A stretch of 64,000 nt of DNA from Chrysomallon squamiferum (taxonomy: Eukaryota; Animalia; Mollusca). Shown here in pieces: positions 1 to 18,302 of this stretch. Positions within the stretch are counted from its first letter, which is position 1. Each line of letters starts with the position of its first letter. Both the position numbers and the translations under genes were made by a program. The notes beneath the pieces are model-generated. The model was given only the letters and a program-made list of their open reading frames with translations, was not told the DNA's origin and ran no database searches. The stretch spans positions 12,586,001 through 12,650,000 of the forward strand of contig CM022667.1 in assembly GCA_012295275.1 (NCBI GenBank), written 5' to 3'.

Positions 1-2311
<2,311 letters not shown>

Positions 2312-2399
2312 GGTGTTTTCTGGTTTTAAAAAATATATCAATTTGACGTTTTTCCCAGACTTCCCGGTAAAGAGGCAGTCGTTTTTAAAACCTATATCT

Positions 2400-2413
2400 G
2401 CGTCCATAGCAAC
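2400..2413 (-). promoter_or_regulatory. RFX X-box-like motif in tubulin copy A promoter
   Basis: GCGTCCATAGCAAC about 90 bp upstream of the ATG; perfect TAGCAAC half-site; identical in copy B. Confidence 0.45.
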
Positions 2414-4698
2414 CAAATCAAACAGTAACCAGTTTATCGACATGTTTGAACATATTGTGAAGAAGATATTTATTATATATCTCGGTGCAAACTGTCTTAG
2501 CTAAACGGGTAGATAGATACGTTTAAGGCCGTAAAGAGAAAATCATTTTTTTTACTCGCTGATATAGAAGAAAACGCTGTTTTAATCTTCACCGATTTTC
2601 TTAGTTTTTATTATTATTTTCTTTACTTTTGTGGTACATATGTCACTGAAGATTCCTATCCATGTATATATGTATGTATATAAATATAAATAAATAAATA
2701 AATTATACATATATCTACATATACAAACACATACACGCACACACACACACACACACACAACACAAATGTATTTAAATAAATCTGTACGAATACGTACGTG
2801 CCTTACGTTCTTTTTTTAAATTGGACTCTGAACTGAATGTGAAATAAGAAAACATTTCTTTGCGAAATATTCACAATTTCAGTCACAAAACAAACATTTA
2901 TTTCGTACTTGCCTGACGAGTTAATCGCTGTTTGTGATTATGTATATATACACGGAGTCGTACTAACAAGGAAGAAGTGTCAAATGCAAATTTATTTAAG
3001 TCCATACAAGCATAAAAGTTAAGTCTTTATAGAAACTGTTTGATTGTCACAGAAAAAAAAAATATTAAAAATTAAAAAGGAAAAGACTGAGAAATTAATG
3101 TTTTTCGAAAGTTCCTATTAACATTTTTACCTGTCAACTTTGTCGATTTCTTCTGAGCGACAGTCACTGTTCTAGGTTTTCGTAATAAAAAAAGTCCCCC
3201 AAAAATCAGTAGAATTGTGGTTTACCTAATGCTGAGTATATATAACCTTAAATATTCTAAATATATATATAATTTTATCTTAATTTATTAACCAGAGGTA
3301 AATACTGATGTTTATATAGTCTTATGTTATACTTTATCATGTAAATTACAGTAAGTAATATTCGTTATTATAGGTTTTAATTTTGTTTTAATTTTTTATT
3401 ATAAATGAACTTTGTCCACCGAGGGTTTGGGTCCATTGTATAGTTTTTGTGCTATATAAATAGTTTGTTGTTGTTGTTTTTAGGGCTTTGGGGGTTGTTA
3501 ATGGGGTATGCTTTTGGGGTATGTTTGTCAAAAGTGCCTCTCGTTAAAACTGCACTTTTCAAAAGTTAATTGTTCCTTTACATTCAGTTTAAAAGCATTC
3601 CTAATATTCCAATTATAATTATCAAAAAAACAACAACACACACACAAAAAACTTAATTGTCGATATTCACCTTCTTTTCACGGCAAGAAACATACCTGAT
3701 GTTTGTATTATTTTCACAAAGAACTTTTCAGCCTGCTTCGTGTCTTCAGCATCGGAAAATAACATTTATGCATCCGTATAAACTCACTGAGCCAAATTTA
3801 ATCCATTCATCAATATCCCATTAAGACGTTTTACGTAATGTTTCCATTATTTCTTTTTTGTTATGCCGATGGTTGTAGATTCTGAACGGAAAAAAAAAAT
3901 AAATAATAATTATAAATAGTAATAATAATAAATAAAAGTCGAATGAATTATTCACTTCCGGTTCCGTCAATGGCAGCTATTTACCTGAAATCATTATATC
4001 TTCTGTAAAACATATTTTTATTTTATAATTGCCTAATAAGTTTATTGCTTTTTGGGATTATGTAAACATGCTTGAAGTCGTCAAGGTGTCAAATATAAAT
4101 TCATTTAAGGCAATACAAGTATAAATGTGAAGTCTTTGTTCTGTTTTAATTGATTTAGAATAAGGAGAAAAATTAATGCTTAAAAGTCAGCTGTTAACAT
4201 TTCTACCTGTTACTTTATAAAATTTAATATCCAAATAGTGTCTGTTGAATGGTATTATCGGTTCAGTGTAGAAGTAGTTGTAACATTAGTTGTAGTAGTG
4301 GTGGTGGTGTATATAGGATAGGTATATATTGATATAGCGGGTTTGATAAATATCAAAAAATCATCTTAATAAAGATATATATAAATAAATAAATAAATAA
4401 AATATATATATATATCGATATGAATCGATTTGATACATTGATAACAATCGATCGTGAGATTCAGAAAACTGTTTGTTTTTGAATCAATAAGCGGATAATA
4501 CAGTAACTACAAAGTTTTGTTCAGATCCACTTGACGTAACAACAAATGGAGTCAACATTTTAAATATTTATTTACTTCAAAGAGCTGTAGTTATTGGTAT
4601 AAACATGTTACCTGACTCCTACATCGTTCTCATACAATAAAATAAAAAAAACCCACAAAAACAGTTCAGTTCTGGTTTACCTAACGCGCGATCGAAAC

Positions 4699-4723
4699 TA
4701 TAATAATAATAATAGTAATAATC

Positions 4724-4764
<41 letters not shown>

Positions 4765-4774
4765 TATAATAATA

Positions 4775-4838
<64 letters not shown>
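4699..4838. repeat. (AAT)n microsatellite
   Basis: Long, slightly imperfect ATA repeat; a shorter version is at ~17421-17480 in copy B. Confidence 0.95.
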
Positions 4839-4839
<1 letters not shown>

Positions 4840-5835
4840 TGGTTTACTGATACAACAGGAACATCTTAATTTACTTGAAAGTAATTTGAAAACAAAGACC
4901 ATTAGCTACGTTTGTATGTATATACGTATGTGTGTACGTGTGTATGAATGTATGTATGCATACAAGCATGTGTATGTGTGTGTATAAAACAATAATTAAT
5001 ATTCTTTTCTATTTACATAATATATGAGAATAGGTGAAAAATAACCAGCAACAATATAAAATATATAATTAAACATATTCTTATTATCAAATGTTATATT
5101 TGCTTTTTGTAAAAATTTTATTTTTAGAAAGGCAATGTTAAAATAGCGTGCCTGCCAGTAAACGACATTAACATGAACACAGTACTGATCCCAGTGAAAA
5201 GACCGTGTTCTATCTGTTAAAAACAAGATTTAAAAAAAAGAAATATATTTTAATAAGGTAGGTGGGTAAGACACGTGTTTTTCTTTTGCGGACAAAACAG
5301 GTGCAGTATTCAAATGATAAATTACGTTGCCTTTTGAAACTTGCCTTTCAAACACAGAGAGCTACCAATTCAAAATGATATCACTCACGCTACTGAAATT
5401 GCACACAAACAGCTTTTTAAATAATGGTAAAGAAGAAAGAACATTTTTTTAACGACCTGAATATAATGAAAAGTAGTACCTGTCAGAAACTGATCGATTT
5501 TGTTTGAATATTGAGTGTTTGTTTGGTTCATATATATATATATATATATAGACATACACATATATATGTATGTGTGTGTGTGTTTGTCGCTCTATCTGAC
5601 TGTATTGTACGTGAGTATGTATGTCTGTATGTATTTATGTACATGTAGGTATGTAGCGTTTGTGTGTCCCTCTTTGTATATGCATGTAATCTATGTTTGT
5701 GTATGTATCAAACATATACCAGTAAACAAATTTTCACTTCTTTCAGGCAGCCGAGGTTGACTACATCTACCAGATTCTTCATCATTTCTCGCATAAACGG
5801 TTCTCGTCTGGAATCTGTACCGTTTCGGTTTTTTC

Positions 5836-6021
5836 TGTGAGAGATGCACTGATATATTTAGAGTTACCGCCCTTGTGTGAGAGATGTTTACTGTTATATT
5901 TAGAGATACCGCCCTTGTGAGAGAGATGTTCACTAATATATTTAGAGTTACTCCCCTTGTGTGAGAAATATTCACTGACGTATTTAAATACCGCCCTTGT
6001 GTGAGAAATGTTCACTAATAT

Positions 6022-6024
<3 letters not shown>
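5836..6024. repeat. 42-bp minisatellite, about 4.5 units, followed by (GA)n at 6025-6093
   Basis: Unit approximately gagagatgttcactgatatatttagagttaccgcccttgtgt. Confidence 0.92.
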
Positions 6025-6094
<70 letters not shown>

Positions 6095-6178
6095 ACATTT
6101 TAAAACAATGTGATATTCATATGCTATATCATTTTCATTAAACATATGACATTTTCGTTGAGATGTTTCAAGGTTTTT

Positions 6179-6242
<64 letters not shown>

Positions 6243-6704
6243 CATCATTATTGTTGTTGTTGTTTAAGTTCTTTACATTATTATTTTTTTGTCTTGGTTT
6301 CGGTCTTATTATCATCATCATCATTATTACTGTCGTTGTTGATGTTGCTAATAAAGGTATTTTTGTGTTTGTGTTGATGTTGATGTTGCTGTTCTACATA
6401 TTTGGTGGGTTTTTATTATCTAAATCATGCGATATATTTTGTTTCTGTTGTTGACAAAAAGTAATTTATAAAGAAAAAAAGAAAAACCAAAAATAATAAG
6501 AAGAATAATTTTATTTTTAAATTATTTTTAAAAACATTTATAAAATTAGAGCCACAAAATAAAAACAAAACAAAAATAAAGACGACAATAAATAAAATCC
6601 AAATTAATATTTTTTAATTTCATTTATTGATCGAATGCAGATAAAGCTATAAGTATTCTGGTGTCATTTTGAAAGTTAGTTTAATAAACTCAGTACACTT
6701 GAGC

Positions 6705-6780
<76 letters not shown>

Positions 6781-6811
6781 TATTTATTTTTTTATTTATT
6801 TATTATTGTTT

Positions 6812-7371
6812 TTACTGACAGGTTTTTATCTTATTATCTCGTTTACATCTTCTGTTATTACAGCAGTCGCTTCTGTTTTCGCATCGTTCATATCGCTTGG
6901 CACACTGAAAAATAAGCAAATAAACAAATAAATAAACAAACAAACAAAAATTAAAAAAATAAATAAATAAATAAATAATAAATAAATAAATATGCATATA
7001 AAATTAATACCAAAGAAATGAATCATAATCAATAAAATAAATGTAAATAAAAGTAATTAAATAAATATAAAAAGAAAACAGAGAGATATAAAATAATAAC
7101 AATAAGGAGAAGGAGAAGAATACCCCAAACATTTACAAAAATTATGATGATGGTTTTAACAATAATAATACAAGAGACAAATGACGTCGTCAGCGACAAC
7201 AACTACAACGACTACAACTACATTTACCTGTTTTCTCTGACATTTACGCCCTTTTCCGTATTTGTTTTTTTCACATTCCAGATTTCGACAGCATTCTAAA
7301 CCTCCGTTTCTCTTACATTTGTCCCCTATGTCTAAACACTGTAAATAATACTACAAATTTATATATATGTC

Positions 7372-7402
<31 letters not shown>

Positions 7403-7700
7403 ATAATTATTATTATTATCATTATTATTATTGTTATATAATAGATAGATATATATATGTGTGTGTTTGTGTGTGTATGTATGTGTGTGTATATATATAT
7501 ATATATAGTAATAATAGTAGGAGAAAAAGTAATAGTAGTAGTACTAGTGGCAGTTGTATTACTAGTAGTAGTAGTTGTGGCAGCTGTAGTACTACTAGTA
7601 GTAGTAGTAGTAGTAGTACTAGTAGTAGTTGTAGTAGTAGTAGTAGTAGTGGCAGTAGTACTAGTAGTAGTAGTAGTAGTACTAGTGGCAGTTGTAGTAC

Positions 7701-7772
<72 letters not shown>

Positions 7773-7808
7773 CAGTTGTAGTAGTAGTAGTAGTAGTACT
7801 AGTAGTAA

Positions 7809-7881
<73 letters not shown>

Positions 7882-7910
7882 TGTAGTACTAGTAGTAGTA
7901 GTAGTAATAC

Positions 7911-7946
<36 letters not shown>

Positions 7947-7958
7947 CAGTTGTAGTAC

Positions 7959-7991
<33 letters not shown>

Positions 7992-7995
7992 CAGT

Positions 7996-8032
<37 letters not shown>

Positions 8033-8047
8033 TGTAGTACTAGTAGC

Positions 8048-8081
<34 letters not shown>

Positions 8082-8332
8082 CTAGTGGCAGTTGTAGTAC
8101 TAATAGTAGTAGTAGTAGTAGTAGTACTAGTGGCGTTGTAGTACTAATAGTAGTAGTAGTAGTAATAGTAGTAGTAGTAGTAGTAACAGTGACATAAACT
8201 GAGAGGTGGGTAACAGAAAATAACTGTAACGTGATATTTGTTTCGTCTCACCATTGAAAGATGAGGTTCAATGTCCTGAGTGAAAACTGCGACAGCAAGA
8301 CACAACAAACCGATAATAATAGTAGTTTCCAT
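6812..8332 (-). CDS. Secreted double inhibitor-cystine-knot (bivalent knottin) peptide, 94 aa; coding exons 8332-8252, 7338-7228, 6904-6812
   Basis: Spliced translation METTIIIGLLCLAVAVFTQDIEPHLSM|CLDIGDKCKRNGGLECCRNLECEKNKYGKGRKCQRKQ|CAKRYERCENRSDCCNNRRCKRDNKIKTCQ*. Hydrophobic signal-peptide-like N-terminus and two C-C-CC-C-C frameworks. Both coding introns are phase 0 with canonical sites (ATG|gtgag...tttacag|TGT; CAG|gtaaat...ttttcag|TGT). Confidence 0.88.
7507..8187. repeat. Degenerate (AGT)n/(ACT)n tract in an intron of the knottin gene
   Basis: About 680 bp of AGT triplets with a recurring variant cassette (ggcagttgtagtact). Confidence 0.95.
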
Positions 8333-8915
8333 GTCGCTACCTGAAATTAAACAATATTATATTATATTATATTATATTATATTATATTATATTAATGAAC
8401 GTGATTTGATCGTATAATCCTTTAAACCCACCCGACGTTCTGTTTTGTTAAGGTGATGATTATTACATGTATAGACATTTTCTACAGAGACCAAGTCGGA
8501 AGTTGTTTCCCTCCGTTTGTGGAGAAATCTAAGTTTATTGTTGTGAGTTTCAAAAACAAATAACAATAAATTATACTGAGGTTTATTTCTGAGAAGAATT
8601 TACATCTGTTTAATGCGCGTAATGGAATATATTTCGGTGTAACCGATTTTAATTCTTATCGCAATCACAAACAAACAGCAGGCAACACTTTCAAAGTTAA
8701 ATGTTATGGTCTCCTGCAGACGATTTTTATTTATTAAATAGGGTTATGTATCCGAGGATAGTTAAAATGACCTTTAACCCCTGTAGCGTTCTTCGAGGCT
8801 TGGTAACAAAAATGTATAATACAACCATGAAGTTAAATTCATTTAATAATATAATGGCATTGAATTTTTTATATATCGTATATGTATTATTTTTTCCTTC
8901 TTCGTATTATAATAT

Positions 8916-8920
<5 letters not shown>

Positions 8921-9000
<80 letters not shown>
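8921..9000. repeat. (GA)n microsatellite
   Basis: Perfect GA repeat in the 5' UTR intron of the knottin gene. Confidence 0.97.
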
Positions 9001-9004
<4 letters not shown>

Positions 9005-9020
9005 AATAAGCTGTACTTAC

Positions 9021-9084
9021 ACTGAGACGTTGCTATGAAGTATCGATAACAGACAATTGAAAAATATTTCGCCTGCTTTTTATA
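9021..9084 (-). promoter_or_regulatory. TATA box and short non-coding first exon of the knottin gene
   Basis: Minus-strand TATAAAAAG at 9084-9076, Inr-like TCAATT at 9060-9055, donor gtaagt at 9020-9015. A matching acceptor ttaatttcag ends at 8341, 8 nt before the ATG. Confidence 0.7.
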
Positions 9085-9261
9085 CATTTCAGAATTAGAT
9101 AACATCATCATTAAATACATGCCACATTTATCACCGAGTATTACAATCATACTAGTTTATTATTCTCTGTCAAATAGAGACATTAAATCAATGCCATGGT
9201 ATTTGAAAGAGTAACAGAATAAACGTATGTATGTATACATGGATGGATGGATTCATAGCTC

Positions 9262-9330
9262 TTTCTGACACCCAACAGTCGATCTGGTTTTGTATTTCGT
9301 GCTGGAGTGTCGTTTAGCATTCATTCATTG
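9262..9330 (+). mobile_element. Probable SINE 3' end fragment with (CATT)n tail
   Basis: tgacacccaacagtcgat...gtatttcgtgctggagtgtcgtttagcattcattcatt. From memory this resembles a common gastropod SINE tail; not verified by search. Confidence 0.45.
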
Positions 9331-9974
9331 AATACACGTACATATACCAGTTGGAACTGTAAACAGAGCAATTAACAAAATGAGAAGTATTGATCTTGAT
9401 GTCTATGACGCGGGCTATAAAAAAATGTCACTACATACAGTAGAAATAGATGTTTTAATAGCATGCTATCAATACCAAATATCAAAAAATCTGTTTCAGC
9501 AGAACATGATTAGTAACATATCTGACATATTAATGCTTGATTTTTTCATTATTCATCTCGATACAACTGATATTGCATCGTGTAAATTAACTGATAATGT
9601 TCAATATGTTAGATATATCCATTATATTTATCTTTCGTCATGCAAAATATTAACCTGCAGTAATATATTTCTGTTTTTATTGACATATGAGTATATTTAT
9701 AAGCCTCACTCTGCATATACACGCGCGCGCACAGACAGATATATGAATGTGTATGTCTTGTTTTGTATATATCTCGTGCAATGTACGTGAAAGTAATGTG
9801 CAGAAAATAAAGAAATTAAACACAACAACAGTTAAATATATTGTGCAGAGTTTATTTTGGGGATTTTTATTTCCAGCAGAATGAAAGAAAGAAGCAGTTT
9901 CAATAAAGTGTTTTCATGAAGAGGAATTCAAAACAGTCACAAGAAAGTTTTTTGTCAGATTCGGTTCGTAATTT

Positions 9975-13523
<3,549 letters not shown>

Positions 13524-13649
13524 GGTGTTTTCTAGGTTTTAAAAAAAAAAATAGATATCAATTTGACGTTTTTTTCTCAGTTCAGCTGCTCGGAGTTTGT
13601 CGCTGTTTGTTTCCCGGTAAACAGGCAGTCGTTTTTAAAACCTCTATCT

Positions 13650-13663
13650 GCGTCCATAGCAAC
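13650..13663 (-). promoter_or_regulatory. RFX X-box-like motif in tubulin copy B promoter
   Basis: GCGTCCATAGCAAC about 130 bp upstream of the ATG; consistent with a ciliary beta-tubulin. Confidence 0.5.
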
Positions 13664-14149
13664 CAAATCAAACAGTAACCAGTTTATCGACCAGTTTGAA
13701 TGGCTGCGTCACTTATTGTGAAGAAGATATTTATTATTCATCTCGGTGTAAACTGTCTTAGCTAAACGAGTAGATAGATACGTATAAGGCCGTAAAGAGA
13801 AAATATTTTGTTTTACTGGATCGCTGATATAGAGGAAAACGCTGTTTTAATCTTCAGCGATTTTCTTAGTTTTTTTTTTTTTTTTTCTTTACTTTTGTGG
13901 TACATATGTCACAGAAGATACCTATCCATGTATATAAGTATGTATATAAATATAATTAAATAAATAAATTATACATATATCTACATACACAACAACATAC
14001 ACGCACAGACACACACACACACAACACAAATGTATTTCAATAAATCTGTACGAATACGTACGTGCCTTACGTTCTTTTTTTAAATTGGACTCTGAACTGA
14101 ATGTGAAATAAGAAAACATTGATTTGTAAAATATTCACAATTTCAGTCA

Positions 14150-14623
14150 CAAAACAAACTTTTATTTCGTAGTTGCCTCACGAGTTTATCGCTATTTGTG
14201 ATTATGTAAACATGCACGGAGTACTACTATCAGGGAAGAGGTGTCAAATATAAATTTATTTAAGTCCATACAAGCATAAAAGTTAACTCCTTATAGAAAC
14301 TGTTTGATTGTCACAGAAAAAAAAAAAAAAAAAATTAAAAAAGAAAAGACTGAGAAATTAATGTTTTTCAAAAGTCCTGTTAACATTTTTACCTGTCAGT
14401 TTTATCGATTTCTTCTGAGCGACAGAACACTGTTCAATAATTAAATTGTGTTCTGCTGAAGTGTACCATTGTTTCAATGACTTCTGTTTTATCGCGTTTT
14501 CTTTTGATACACGTTAGAGTAATGTTTGGTAAATTGCGAGTGTGTTTCTTCGATAAGAAAAATAATTAAGAATCTGTCAGTACCGAAATGTAGTAATGAA
14601 ATGAAATGTGGAACATTAAAAAG

Positions 14624-14701
<78 letters not shown>

Positions 14702-14974
14702 AACACAGAGATAAATATAAAGATGGCTAACAGATGTATAAATGATGCATAAATAGAGAGACAAATAGATAGACAGTGACAGATAAAGGAAAAATCAGAG
14801 AGAGGGTGAGATGCACAAACAGGTAGGTAGATAATACATACATATACACATTATATATAGTAATGGAGAAAAAATAGAATAATAAATATGTATATAATTC
14901 GTGATCTATAGACGGATAAACAGAAGAAATAAAGATATAGATAGATAGATAGATAGATAGATAGATTGATTGAC

Positions 14975-15026
<52 letters not shown>

Positions 15027-16173
15027 ATTGGGATTGAGATAGAAAGATAAAAGACAGAGAGACAGTATTTAGAAAGACAAATTAAAGAAGCACAGACGAT
15101 GAAAATGAACGAATGAAATAAAACCGTAGGTATTCTTTACAAATGTTAGTGATATGCTTCAAAAAATATTTCGTTTTCTTTCTTCCAACTTACAGTAAAT
15201 TATAACCTACAATGGTTTTCAGAATCTGATGTGAAATTCCGACTAGAAGATGAAATAAAATTAAATACAAAATAATTTATAACATTAAAAGAAATAATCG
15301 ATCCGCTACAGTGACCACGACTGAACGTCAGAGAACTGTAAAAAGTTGTTCTTTAATCAATAAACAGAAAGACTACAAAGCTGCAGGTAAATTTGACGTA
15401 GGTGTCTGTGACTGCGTGGAGCCAACCATTTAAATATTTAATTACCACTTCAGTCAGAAACAGATATTGATATAGTAATTTTAACACGGATGGGTAGAGC
15501 AGTTAGATCTACATCATTCTAGTTTTTCGAAATAAAAACAAAATCAATGGAATTGTGGTTTACCTAATGCCTGTCTATTCTTTTACTGTCTCCACTGCAA
15601 GGGTATTTGCTATGCGGATGTGGTCTATGCTACTAATTATATTTTGGGCATTAAATCTCGTATAAACTTGCTGTTGCAAAACCAAGCCAATCTCGTACAA
15701 TATCCTCAGCGTTTTTTTGAAAAAGAAGTAGATTTCTTTGTGTGTACATACAGTTTCCATTACAACCTTAAATATTCCAAATATATATATATATATTATT
15801 TTATTTTATCTTATTTTATTAACCAGAGATAAATATTGATGTTTATATAGTCTTATGTTATTCTTTATCATGTAAATTACATTAATGTAATATTTGTTAT
15901 TATATTTTTTTTTTTTTTTTTTTTATTTGTTTTTTTTTTATTATAAATGAACTTTGTCCACCGAGTGTTTTTGTCCATTGTATAGTTATTGTCTTATATA
16001 AATATATTTTTGTTGTTCTTCTTAGGGCTTTTGTCATCGGACATTTTGTCCATTGGGGGTTGTTACAAGAACCGTAAATGTTTGTCAAAAGTGCCTCTGG
16101 TTAAAACTGCACTTTTCAAAAGTAAATTGTTCCTTTACATTCAGTTTAAAAGCATTCCTAACATTCCCCTTAT

Positions 16174-16209
<36 letters not shown>

Positions 16210-17433
16210 TTAATTGTTAATATTCACCTTCTTTTCACGGCAAGAAACATACCTGATGTTTGTATTATTTTCACAAAGAACGTGTCAGTCTGCTTCGTGT
16301 CTTCAGCATCGGAAAATAACATTTATGCATCCGTATAAACTCACTGAGCCAAATTTAATTCATTCACCAATATCCCATTAAGACATTTGACGTAATGTTT
16401 CCATTATTTCCTTTTTATTATGCCGATGGTTGTAGATTCTGAAAGATTTTTTTTTTTTTTTTTTTTTTATTAACAATAATAATAATAAATAAAAGTCGAA
16501 TGAATTATTCACTTCCGGTTCCGTCAATGACAGCTTTTACCTAAAATCATTATATCTTCTGTAAAACAAATTTTTATTTTGTAGTTGCCTAATAAGTTTA
16601 TTGCTTATGGATTGTGTAAACATGTTTAAAGTCGAACAAACAAGGAAAAGGTGTCAAATATAAATTTATTTAAGGCAATACAAGTATAAATGTGAAGTCT
16701 TTGTTCTGTTTTAACTGATTTAGAATAAGGAGAAAAATTAATGCTTTTAAAAAGTTACCTGTTAAGATTTTTACCTGTGACATTATAGTTTTTAATAACT
16801 AAATAGCGTTCTGTTGAATGGTGTTATCATTTCAGTGTAGAAGTAGTTGTAACATTAGTTGTCATAGTGGTGGTGGTGTTGTAGTAGTGGTTTTATTAAT
16901 AGTAATAGTAGTAGTAGTTGGTGTAGTAATTGTAATGTTAGTTTTCTTTCGTACAGGTTAAAGTTTGGTAAATTGTCCTTTTTTAATGTGTTTCAAATAA
17001 TTAAGAATTTTTAAGAGAGAGAGAGCAGGTAAATACATATATAGGATAGGTATATACTAATATAGCGGGTTTAAAAATATATAGAAATATATAAAAACTT
17101 GATAAAGATATATATATATGAATCGATTTGATACAGTGATAATGATCGATCGTTAGATTCACAGAACTGTAAAAATTTGTTTTTGAATCAATAAGCGGAT
17201 AATACAGTAACTACAAAGTTTTGTTCAGATCCACTTGTCGTAACGACAGCCGGAGACAAGCATTTAAATATTTAATTTCTTCAAAGAGCTGTAGTTATTG
17301 GTATAAACATGTTACCTGACTCCTACATCATTCTTGTTTTTTGTAAAAAAAAAAAAAAAAATAAAAACACAATAAAAATTTAAAAAAAACAACACAAGAA
17401 CAGTACAGTTCTGGTTTACCTATAATAATAACA

Positions 17434-17480
<47 letters not shown>

Positions 17481-17631
17481 TGGTTTACTGATACAACAGG
17501 AACATCTTAATTTATTTGAAAGTAATTTGAAAACAAATACCACTAGCTACGTATCTGCAGAATTTATGTATGTATGTTCGTACGAACGTCTGTATGTATA
17601 TACGTATGTGTGTATGAATGTATGTGTAATG

Positions 17632-17691
<60 letters not shown>

Positions 17692-18254
17692 AATAATTAT
17701 TTATTTTTCTATCTACATAATATATCAGAGTAGGTACAAAAATATCTTAGTGCAAATGGGTGAAAAATAACCAACAACAATATAAAACATATAATTAAAC
17801 ATATTCTTATTATCAAAAGTTATATTTGCTTTTTTTATTTTTTTATTTTTAGAAAGGCAATGTTAAAATAGCGTACAAGAAGGCATTAACATGAACACAA
17901 TACAGAACCCAGTGAAAAGACCGTGTTCTCTGTGTTAAAATCAAGATTTAAAAAAAAAAACGTATATATTAATAAGTCAGGTGGGTAAGACACGTGTTTT
18001 TCTTTTCTACAGGTGCAGTATTCAAATGATAAATTACGTTGCCTTTTGAAACTTGCCTCTCAAACACAAAGAGCTACCAATTTAAAATGTTATCACTCAT
18101 GCCACTGAAATCTCACACAAACAGGTTTTTAAAACTGAGTAAATAATGGTGAAGAAGAAAAAAACAATTTTTTTTAACGATCTGAATGTAATGTAAAGTA
18201 GTACCTGTCAGAAACTGATCGATTTTGTTTCAGTATTGAGTGTTTGTTTAGTTC

Positions 18255-18302
<48 letters not shown>

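Noticed and set aside
5747-5835. Possible fourth coding exon of the knottin gene
   Set aside because: The knottin frame ends at TAA 6814-6812, and this block belongs to the duplicated unit (copy at ~19165-19250) with no cysteine framework.
4681-6454. Poly-Ile, poly-Leu, poly-Asn, poly-Tyr and (SL)n ORFs
   Set aside because: Products of (AAT)n and (GA)n microsatellites.
7375-8197. Long poly-Ser and poly-Val ORFs (207 and 246 aa)
   Set aside because: Translations of the (AGT)n tract, which lies inside an intron of the opposite-strand knottin gene; no splice or domain evidence.
9029-9048. X-box half-site (GTTGCTATG) and DRE-like TATCGATA in the knottin first exon
   Set aside because: Short motifs downstream of the predicted TSS that are expected by chance in AT-rich DNA.
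9380-9790. 136-aa plus-strand ORF
   Set aside because: AT-rich, no recognisable motif or splice context; it lies just downstream of the tubulin B 3' end on the opposite strand and is likely a chance ORF.
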